This document shows, piece by piece, positions 16,245 through 22,494 of a stretch of DNA of 47,595 nt. Source of the DNA: a virus; the IMG/VR virus record IMGVR_UViG_3300023280_000122, positions 1 to 47,595 of that record. One strand, given 5' to 3'. The position numbers were made by a program, and so were the translations under genes. Positions within the stretch are counted from its first letter, which is position 1; the number at the start of each line of letters is the position of its first letter. The notes below the pieces were generated by a model that saw only the letters and a program-made list of their open reading frames with translations, did not search any database and was not told the origin of the DNA.

Positions 16245-16273
16245 ATAATAGGACTCTATTATACAGAATGCAA
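16245..16273 (-). promoter_or_regulatory. Promoter with the perfect palindrome ATAATA-ggactc-TATTAT
   Basis: On the minus strand: TTGCAT (16273-16268), a 17-nt spacer, then TATTAT (16250-16245). The 18-bp palindrome spans 16245-16262. Confidence 0.6.
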
Positions 16274-16284
16274 TAGGTACAGAT

Positions 16285-16316
16285 AAAAAAAAAGACCCGA
16301 GCTGTTAACTCGGGTC
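16285..16316 (-). terminator. Strong intrinsic terminator (minus strand)
   Basis: gacccgag-ctgttaa-ctcgggtc stem. On the minus strand it is followed by nine T. Confidence 0.8.
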
Positions 16317-16579
16317 TTTCGGTCTGCTAACCACATGCAGCGGGAGATAGGGACCACCTCCTGCGAAACTCATTGTCGGGTAAGTTCCGGTTGTGGCGGA
16401 AGCGGTTTTCACGTGCCGCTATGAGATAGGTTATCGCTTGTCATTGCTGGTTAGGTTATGAGCCGCCAGTTAAGTTTGCGCATCGTTATCGCTATATCAT
16501 CCCAGACTTAACAGCTTCGCGGTTGGTAGCCGCTAAACTGAATCCGGTTTGTATATCGCCACAAATCAACTATAGCCGA

Positions 16580-17065
16580 CTATTTAACTGCACGTCCAAT
16601 CTTTTCTGCTTGCTGCCACAACATTCCGTCGAACAGCGCCAGGCGACCGGCAGTGCGGCGGCGCAGACCCAACACAGGCTTGCCGTTCTGGTTGATGAAC
16701 AGCGCAATTTTAGCGCGCAGGGTGGCGATATCCCCGCGACGTAGTGCCTGGCCCGTACCGGTGGATGCCGCAATAACCCCTGTACCAGCGTTAAAGCACA
16801 AGTCGCACACGGCATCGAACTGCGATTGGTCCAGAATAGGGTGCGCCGCGGCATCCACTGCTGCGACGGCTTTAGCCATGTCCTTATGAAGCAGCTCCAG
16901 CGCTTCGTCTTCCGTAATAGTCTGCCCTTGCTCTACATCAGCACCATAGTGCCCGTAGCCAATGGTGAGATATTTTTCGTCTTTGGTTGCACGATAGGCC
17001 GTATCGCGGAAGCCCTCAAAGGCTGCCGTAAAGTGCAGGCCATTCTCTGAAATGTTGCGTGACAT
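16580..17065 (-). CDS. Endolysin, phage lysozyme (GH24, T4/lambda R-like)
   Basis: The sequence GLHFTAAFEGFRDTAYRATKDEKYLTIGYGH matches the lysozyme catalytic region. There is no N-terminal TMD or SAR segment. Confidence 0.85.
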   Translation of the reverse strand: MSRNISENGLHFTAAFEGFRDTAYRATKDEKYLTIGYGHYGADVEQGQTITEDEALELLHKDMAKAVAAVDAAAHPILDQSQFDAVCDLCFNAGTGVIAASTGTGQALRRGDIATLRAKIALFINQNGKPVLGLRRRTAGRLALFDGMLWQQAEKIGRAVK

Positions 17066-17075
17066 GAATCACTCC

Positions 17076-17447
17076 TCAGTTAGCGGTCTTTTCGCCGGCC
17101 ACTTGTTTAATAGCGTCAGCCGCGGCAGCGGTGGCATTCACAGCTTTGTCACCCAGGGCCGCCAGACGACGATTCTGCTCCTCCATGCTGGTTAAGCACT
17201 GTTGGAGTACCGCTTTGCGCGCATCGCTGGCGTCCTGATAGGCGGCGTCCTGATAGGCGGCGTCCTGATAGGCGGCCTCTTGCTGCGCGAGAATTGTCTT
17301 CGCTCCGGTCGCGGCCACCCAGTTACCGATAAGATACCCGATAAGCACACAGGTCGCCATGATAAGGCCCATTACGAGCCAAAATTGCCGGGTGCGCCAG
17401 GATGCTTTAGCCGCAACCGTCACTGCGCCATCTTTCGCTGTAGTCAT
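17076..17447 (-). CDS. Single-TMD coiled-coil membrane protein (holin or lysis accessory candidate)
   Basis: 123 aa with TMD FWLVMGLIMATCVLIGYLIGNWVAA. It contains an (AAYQD)x3 repeat and lies directly upstream of the endolysin gene. Confidence 0.55.
   Translation of the reverse strand: MTTAKDGAVTVAAKASWRTRQFWLVMGLIMATCVLIGYLIGNWVAATGAKTILAQQEAAYQDAAYQDAAYQDASDARKAVLQQCLTSMEEQNRRLAALGDKAVNATAAAADAIKQVAGEKTAN
17229..17273. repeat. Tandem repeat, 3 x 15 bp (ggcgtcctgataggc), in frame
   Basis: Three identical units plus a partial fourth (ggc). They encode AAYQD x3 on the minus strand. Confidence 0.95.
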
Positions 17448-17821
17448 GAGGTTGGCCCCCGCACCGCTTCCTTGATAGCCCGCAACTCCGCTTTAACGGT
17501 CTCTAGCTGCTCAGTGAGGAATTGTATTTTCTCAAGCGCGGATTTGAGGTCCCCTTGGTATGTGAACTTCTCCTGCATCAGCGACGCTATCTGCAAATCC
17601 TTCGCGTCATTGCGCGCCCTGAGTTCTTTGTTTTCGGCCTGGTACTCTCGCAGCATCTGAATTTCCGCGGCGGCGTTAGCGGCGTCCGCACGGTCGTTAA
17701 AGAACTGCTTCCATAGCCGGAGCAGGCCCATTCCGACCACGCCGGCTCCTCCAATAATCCCGGCTACTGTGCCAACGTCATTAGGGTCTGCCATATCGAC
17801 CGCCTTTGTTGCCGTGTTCAT
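17444..17821 (-). CDS. Single-TMD coiled-coil membrane protein (holin or lysis accessory candidate)
   Basis: 125 aa from the ATG at 17821, which has RBS GGAG 7 nt upstream. TMD GTVAGIIGGAGVVGMGLLRLW. ATGA overlap with the next gene. Confidence 0.55.
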   Translation of the reverse strand: MNTATKAVDMADPNDVGTVAGIIGGAGVVGMGLLRLWKQFFNDRADAANAAAEIQMLREYQAENKELRARNDAKDLQIASLMQEKFTYQGDLKSALEKIQFLTEQLETVKAELRAIKEAVRGPTS

Positions 17822-17925
17822 GTGAACACTCCAGATTGATGCGAAATAGTACTTCCATTCAAGTCCCCACACTCACCCAGTAAATAGGAATCGTCTGAAC
17901 GAATAATAACCGGGAATTGCGCAAA

Positions 17926-17950
17926 TAAAAAGCCCGCTTGGTTAGCGGGC
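17926..17950 (-). terminator. Intrinsic terminator (minus strand)
   Basis: gcccgct-tggtt-agcgggc stem, followed by TTTTT on the minus strand. Confidence 0.75.
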
Positions 17951-17961
17951 CTTATGTGGTG

Positions 17962-18162
17962 TTACTTGCGAAGCCTCCACATGATATTAGGTACCAGCAC
18001 CTCGAACAGGTAGTAGAGTGTCACGCCCGCGATAGACGGCAGCCAGCCTACAATGAGTAGCAGCGACTCCAGGCGGTCGAACACGCAGTTGAACAGGCGG
18101 CGCGCGACGTACTCAAGGCCTGCGCCAATCGCGATATAGGCAACAAACAAGGTAAGAATCAT
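17962..18162 (-). CDS. 66-aa two-TMD membrane protein (class II holin-like or exclusion protein)
   Basis: Two hydrophobic segments and a basic C-terminus (MWRLRK). It is separated from the endolysin cassette by a terminator. Confidence 0.5.
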   Translation of the reverse strand: MILTLFVAYIAIGAGLEYVARRLFNCVFDRLESLLLIVGWLPSIAGVTLYYLFEVLVPNIMWRLRK

Positions 18163-18440
18163 CTTTTAATCTCCTTGCAGGCGTTCCACAGCGTCTCTCC
18201 CGGTATACGAAACGCGATTCTGCCGCGTGTGGTCTCGCGAATGACGGCGGTTTTACCGTCATACCGAAACACGTGATGAAAGTTGTAATATTTATCGAAC
18301 ACCGTTTCGGTGTATTGGCCGTGCTTGTCGTTTACTGTGAGGCTCTTCACCGGCTCCAGAGCCACCCGGTACAGACCACACTGGTAGTCTGTAGCCAGGC
18401 ACGGCAGGGGCAGGAGTAGCAGAGCTGCCGGTAGTCTCAT
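18159..18440 (-). CDS. Secreted small protein (93 aa, signal peptide)
   Basis: MRLPAALLLLPLPCLATD is a signal sequence. The ATG at 18440 overlaps the upstream stop (ATGA). Confidence 0.6.
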   Translation of the reverse strand: MRLPAALLLLPLPCLATDYQCGLYRVALEPVKSLTVNDKHGQYTETVFDKYYNFHHVFRYDGKTAVIRETTRGRIAFRIPGETLWNACKEIKR

Positions 18441-18967
18441 GGTTTCACCACCCGATAAGCAATAATATCGAACACACTGCCGCAATGCCGCCACTCAAAG
18501 TTATGCTTAGCGGGGGATAATCGCTCTTCCCCATTGCGAAAACGTACCTGAATAAGTGTTGTTGAGTCTACTGGCCGCTTACCCCCATTCCACTCAACCC
18601 ATCCGTCGTCTTGTGTGTCATCTTTACGACAGCCTGATTGTTCCGTACGCGCAATGGTCAATTGGGTTGTGAGGCGAGCCACTTCGGCTCTCAACCGGGC
18701 GTTCTCTTCCTCAAGTTCTGATACCCGGTCATCTTTAACCGCCCGGCCAACGAACGCCACGTCGCCCGCTAAGGCCGCGTCATTGAGTCCGGAAGTGGTA
18801 GCCTCTGGGCGGCGCTCCGTATGCGCTACAGGAGCCGGAGAGGCCCCGTTAAGGCCCGCCAGTACATCGTGCATGGCGTGAGCCAGGCGGAGGGTGCTTG
18901 GCGCTACAGCGCTGCCGTGGGCCAGCAGCTCAACCATAGCGGCCTGGTGGTCTTTGGGAGTGGTCAT
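18437..18967 (-). CDS. Hypothetical protein (176 aa), paralog A of the DDGW...AYR domain
   Basis: Coiled coil followed by DDGWVEWNGGKRPV...VRFRNGEE...EWRH...FDIIAYRVV. The same domain occurs in the 102-aa protein. Confidence 0.7.
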   Translation of the reverse strand: MTTPKDHQAAMVELLAHGSAVAPSTLRLAHAMHDVLAGLNGASPAPVAHTERRPEATTSGLNDAALAGDVAFVGRAVKDDRVSELEEENARLRAEVARLTTQLTIARTEQSGCRKDDTQDDGWVEWNGGKRPVDSTTLIQVRFRNGEERLSPAKHNFEWRHCGSVFDIIAYRVVKP

Positions 18968-18995
18968 GGTGTGTCTCCTCTGTTGGAATAAATCT

Positions 18996-19023
18996 ATAAT
19001 ACAGCACTATTAAAAGGGGTCAA
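18996..19023 (-). promoter_or_regulatory. Sigma70-like promoter with the TAATA-N6-TATTA element
   Basis: On the minus strand: TTGACC (19023-19018), a 16-nt spacer, then TATTAT (19001-18996). The palindrome core spans 18997-19012. Confidence 0.6.
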
Positions 19024-19043
19024 TACATAAATGCTGAGATATT

Positions 19044-19061
19044 CATGTTACCCGTAACATG
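19044..19061. promoter_or_regulatory. Perfect 18-bp palindrome CATGTTACccGTAACATG
   Basis: 8-bp arms with 2 central nt. It lies just upstream of the -35 element of the 18996 promoter and just after the stop of the 102-aa gene. Confidence 0.7.
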
Positions 19062-19062
19062 G

Positions 19063-19371
19063 CTAGACGGGCCGGTAAAGACGATATGCCACGATGGAAT
19101 AAACGTCACCCTTTCGCCGCCAGTCCCAATATTTCGCGCAATCTCGACCAGTTTCGCCGTTAGGAAATCGAACACGAACCATAACGCCTCCTGGTACCGG
19201 ACAGTCCCCGCCACCCCACGCAATCCACCCATCATCCGATGAAGCCTTAACCTGCTGCCGTAGGGCCTCCAGTTCTGCTTCTAGTTTCTGGTAGTCATCA
19301 TAGGCTACCCAATCACCGTAATCGCTTTCGGTAACACCGCCGCGCAAAGACTCTGCATATCTTTGAACCAT
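19063..19371 (-). CDS. Hypothetical protein (102 aa), paralog B of the DDGW...AYR domain
   Basis: Coiled coil followed by DDGWIAWGGGDCPV...VRFPNGET...DWRR...YSIVAYRLY. Confidence 0.7.
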   Translation of the reverse strand: MVQRYAESLRGGVTESDYGDWVAYDDYQKLEAELEALRQQVKASSDDGWIAWGGGDCPVPGGVMVRVRFPNGETGRDCAKYWDWRRKGDVYSIVAYRLYRPV

Positions 19372-19399
19372 CTCTAATACTCCTATATTGGTGAAACTA

Positions 19400-19428
19400 G
19401 ATAATACGACACTATTACTCGTTAGTCA
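19400..19428 (-). promoter_or_regulatory. Sigma70-like promoter with the TAATA-N6-TATTA element
   Basis: On the minus strand: TTGACT (19428-19423), a 17-nt spacer, then TATTAT (19405-19400). The palindrome core spans 19401-19416. Confidence 0.65.
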
Positions 19429-19533
19429 ATCGCTGCCGGATGATTTATGCGTTATGCTGCCGTGTTGCATAAATGAATAATCCTCGATGAGGATAGGGGG
19501 TGGCGTAGACACACCCCATTCCTCGTTAGAGGA

Positions 19534-19663
19534 TATCCCTATCCCTTTATCCCTTTTTGTAAGCTATTGATTTACTGGTTGGGATAATTTTATCCCTTTA
19601 TCCCTCGGCAGAAAAGTTATCCCTGCATAACTATTCGCTTTTTCTGCATAACTATTCATCCCT
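19534..19663. repeat. Iteron-like array of TATCCC(T) repeats
   Basis: Six exact TATCCC copies start at 19534, 19540, 19548, 19591, 19599 and 19618. One variant, TCATCCC, is at 19657. ctgcataactattc also occurs twice (19623-19636 and 19645-19658). Confidence 0.7.
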
Positions 19664-19668
19664 TGACC

Positions 19669-21966
19669 CTAGTTTTCTAGGTCTTCATCACCTGCAATTA
19701 ATACGTCTGTATAATCGTCTGGTAATAAAGGCATCCGGTATTGAAGGCTTCTCCCGTCTTCACCGTTTAATAGTTCTCCATTTTTACCCCTACCAAAACA
19801 GATAATATTGCGTTCAGCGAGCGCCTTCATAGCTGGTCGACGATTACCCCCCGCGCCGGCAACCTTCACTATCTCGGCCGGTGTGTAACCCTGTGGCCTG
19901 TCTTCAGAGTTCTGAAGCGCTTCCAGGGCAGCGTACACTGCTTTCTCGTCAGTGCCGCGCAAGACACCGTCTTTCTCTTTGGTCTGCTTCACCGCCTCTT
20001 TTCCTGCGGTTGTCGCCTGGCCGTCGAATGGTGTCAGGGCGACGGGGATAAGGACAAGCGTTTCATCGCGCGGGGATGCGTCGAAGGGCTTCACCGTCAG
20101 GCCCTGGATGTGCGCAGAGAAGTCTGGAGGCGTCGTGTCCGATTGCAGCGCGAGTATGGCGTCGTTGTGCGCCGGGTTAATCTCAATCTTGCACTTGGCG
20201 AGCACGAAGCCCCGCGGCAACTGCTTAGTCCCCCCGCGGGCCTTCTCCATGTAAAAGTTAAGCTGGAGTGGTTTCGTCTCATCCGGCTGGTCGATGAAAT
20301 AGACGTAATCCACGGCCCCATGCAAAGCCCCGCTGCCACGGCCAATACGTCGAGGACCTTTCTCTGATTTTGCCGGGTGGTGCACAACCCCCGCACAGGC
20401 GCCCGTTTCGTCCGCAATAGCCTTAAGCGCAGTAGCGACAGCGCCCATGTCAGAGGAGCTGTTCTCATCAAACGGCAGTTCACGCAGTGCGACCGCCTGG
20501 TTAAGTGAGTCGAATGCGACGATACCCACGGGGTCAGTGCCGGCTTTATCGCGGATGTAGCGAAGAACAGCGCGACGGCCAGGCTTACTGGTAAAGTCCC
20601 AGCCCTCAGTCTGCAGGTCGACGATGTGCAGCCAGGATAAATCGTCGCCGTAGGTCTTCTGGAGAGCCTGTTTGCGGTCGAGCGTAGTGCTGCCGCCTTC
20701 CGCATCGAAGTAGAAGCAGTGGGCGCGTATGACTTTAGCGCCGGCGAACGGGATGCCTGCAGCGACACACGCCATTTGACCTAGCAGGAAAAACGACTTA
20801 CCGATATTAGACTCACCTACCAGTTCGAACGAGGATTTAAAGTTGATAATCCCCTCAATGATAGGGTCGCGCTTGGTGAAGAGCGCGGCCGGCTCGTCCA
20901 TCAGGTCCTCGTCCTGGCAGAGATGCGCTTCCAGACCATCTGCGGCTGCTTCAACCTGCCTGCGGTGGCATTGCTCAATCTCCTCCTCGTCCATAAACGG
21001 CAACAGTTCGGCGAGCTGCTTCTTACTGATGTTATGTGCTTCGGGCAGATAATGGTTCGGCACGCCGGCCAGTTGTAGTGTCAGGTGCTGGTGGCTGTTC
21101 AGCCCCTGGCAATGGGCGTGCTGGCACATGAAACGGACTTCAGGGTGCAACGAGTCCGGCAACAGGATGGCAGTGCTGCCGTCCGTCCCGTCATTGCCCG
21201 TGTGAGCCATATAGTTCGGGCATTGAATGGCCCATCCGCGACCAGAAGACATCATGTCCAGGCCCATTTCAAACGCCCAAGCGGCGATAGCCTGTGAATT
21301 TTCGGAGGCCGCGGCTAATGCTTCGTCAGACCAGACAGTGTTACCGGATTCAGACGGAGGCTCATAGCCGTTGTTAAGCATACGCGTAACGCTGACAGGC
21401 TTGCCTTCGTTATCCCACCATTCAGCATCGTACGGCGGTACGAACATAATCCGGGCGCGCTGGCACGCAGTCATATCTACCCCGTCGGCGCCATCAAGGC
21501 CGATATGATTCAGGAAACTATGTTGAACATGCCAGATTTCGTCCGCGTCCATCGGGCGATTTGTTGGGATAAGGAACCGCACAGCGCGCACATCGTCCCC
21601 GCCCTTAAGCGTGTGGCGGTCAGAGCTGGTCCCGTGGGCAAAGAATGCATAGCCTTTCTGTATGAGCGTGCGGGTAACGTGACGTACGCGCCGTGTGCTC
21701 ACACCGTCCAGGTCGATAAAGAGGATAGAGCGCCCGAGTACAGTATCGTTAGAGCGCACTTTGTCCACGGCAGCGGCGATGTAGTTCTGCTGCTTTTTCT
21801 TACGGTCATATTGTTCTTTGGTTTCCTCGCCGGAGAACTCCACGCCGAGGCTCGGCTCGTCAATGTAGTCCATCATCTCCGCGATGAATTCAGGCCAGGT
21901 CATATCGTAGTTTTTGGCCCGACGGGACTTCGCATCGTTGCCGATGGAGAAAAGAATATTTTCCAT
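19669..21966 (-). CDS. Bifunctional primase-polymerase / RecA-fold helicase
   Basis: 765 aa. The N-terminus is prim-pol-like (SILFIDLDG). A Cys/His cluster is CPNYMAH...CQHAHC. The C-terminal half has Walker A GESNIGKS. Confidence 0.8.
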   Translation of the reverse strand: MENILFSIGNDAKSRRAKNYDMTWPEFIAEMMDYIDEPSLGVEFSGEETKEQYDRKKKQQNYIAAAVDKVRSNDTVLGRSILFIDLDGVSTRRVRHVTRTLIQKGYAFFAHGTSSDRHTLKGGDDVRAVRFLIPTNRPMDADEIWHVQHSFLNHIGLDGADGVDMTACQRARIMFVPPYDAEWWDNEGKPVSVTRMLNNGYEPPSESGNTVWSDEALAAASENSQAIAAWAFEMGLDMMSSGRGWAIQCPNYMAHTGNDGTDGSTAILLPDSLHPEVRFMCQHAHCQGLNSHQHLTLQLAGVPNHYLPEAHNISKKQLAELLPFMDEEEIEQCHRRQVEAAADGLEAHLCQDEDLMDEPAALFTKRDPIIEGIINFKSSFELVGESNIGKSFFLLGQMACVAAGIPFAGAKVIRAHCFYFDAEGGSTTLDRKQALQKTYGDDLSWLHIVDLQTEGWDFTSKPGRRAVLRYIRDKAGTDPVGIVAFDSLNQAVALRELPFDENSSSDMGAVATALKAIADETGACAGVVHHPAKSEKGPRRIGRGSGALHGAVDYVYFIDQPDETKPLQLNFYMEKARGGTKQLPRGFVLAKCKIEINPAHNDAILALQSDTTPPDFSAHIQGLTVKPFDASPRDETLVLIPVALTPFDGQATTAGKEAVKQTKEKDGVLRGTDEKAVYAALEALQNSEDRPQGYTPAEIVKVAGAGGNRRPAMKALAERNIICFGRGKNGELLNGEDGRSLQYRMPLLPDDYTDVLIAGDEDLEN

Positions 21967-22064
21967 AGTGCTACCTTGTTTGTTGATTAATTCGGCAGCA
22001 CGAGATTATAATCGTGTTACCGGGTATTTTCGGACGGTATCTGGTGTGTTGAATTCCCTTTGAG

Positions 22065-22104
22065 AAAAAGCCCGCCTCATTTTGAGTGTCGGGCTTCTTT
22101 TTTA
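22065..22104. terminator. Bidirectional hairpin terminator
   Basis: aagcccg...cgggctt forms a 7-bp stem with a 15-nt loop, flanked by A5 and T6 runs. It lies between the XRE gene and the primase operon. Confidence 0.55.
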
Positions 22105-22332
22105 TGCCTTCTCTTCCATTTCCCCTGTAGCCAGCCATCGGGCGTCGCACTCCAGCGCGTCGGCGAGAGCAAAAATCGCCGGGGCCTCTACCATTTTAAT
22201 CCGCCCCAGGCAGATGTGGCTGATACGGGCCTGGCTAAGGCCGCTACGCTCTACCAGGTGTTTCTGAGTCAAACCAAGCTGATTAATGCGACGCATTACA
22301 CGCCGGCCCAAACCGTTACTTTCAAATGCCAT
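22102..22332 (-). CDS. XRE-family HTH transcriptional regulator (CI-like, 76 aa)
   Basis: The sequence is MAFESNGLGRRVMRRINQLGLTQKHLVERSGLSQARISHI...WLATG. RBS AGGAG precedes the ATG at 22332. The gene is divergent from the early plus-strand operon. Confidence 0.8.
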   Translation of the reverse strand: MAFESNGLGRRVMRRINQLGLTQKHLVERSGLSQARISHICLGRIKMVEAPAIFALADALECDARWLATGEMEEKA

Positions 22333-22362
22333 TGCAAATTCTCCTATGTTGTATGTGAAAGC

Positions 22363-22392
22363 AATATACAATACTATTGCATACCCAGACAA
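22363..22392 (-). promoter_or_regulatory. Candidate promoter of the XRE gene
   Basis: On the minus strand: TTGTCT (22392-22387), an 18-nt spacer, then TATATT (22368-22363). It overlaps the inverted repeat GCAATA-N8-TATTGC (22361-22380). Confidence 0.5.
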
Positions 22393-22427
22393 GAGGTAAA
22401 AATATTTTAAAAAGTGCTTGCTATTCA

Positions 22428-22457
22428 CAATAGCTGAGTATTATAGTTTGAATCGTC
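22428..22457 (+). promoter_or_regulatory. Candidate early rightward promoter with operator palindrome
   Basis: TTGCTA (22428-22433), then either TATTAT (22449-22454) or TATAGT (22452-22457). The perfect palindrome GCTATT-cac-AATAGC (22430-22444) lies in the spacer. Confidence 0.5.
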
Positions 22458-22494
22458 AACACGACACACATCCCACTCAATAAGGAAAAATCAC

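Noticed and set aside
16480-16560. A tRNA-like segment on the minus strand, about 71 nt long, with a 4-bp stem and a 7-nt loop CTACCAA placed like an anticodon loop.
   Set aside because: The D-arm and T-arm positions do not pair. There is no GTTCxAxxC T-loop. The acceptor stem has a mismatch and its register is wrong. It does not fold into a cloverleaf.
19398-19418. The plus-strand string gATAATACGACACTATTAc resembles the T7 RNA polymerase promoter TAATACGACTCACTATA.
   Set aside because: No single-subunit RNA polymerase gene is present; the largest ORFs are all assigned to other functions. The downstream gene is on the opposite strand. On that strand the same bases form a good sigma70 promoter (TTGACT-17-TATTAT). 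The resemblance comes from the AT-rich palindrome.
19534-19663. The TATCCC repeats, and the 15-bp x3 repeat at 17229-17273, as CRISPR-like arrays.
   Set aside because: The units are 6-15 bp with irregular spacers or none. One array is in frame inside a gene. No cas genes are present. They fit iterons and an in-frame tandem repeat respectively.
22102-22332. A lysogeny module: integrase, excisionase and a CI/Cro pair.
   Set aside because: Only the small XRE regulator is present. No recombinase-sized ORF with Tyr or Ser recombinase motifs was found on either strand, so a temperate lifestyle is not supported by this sequence.
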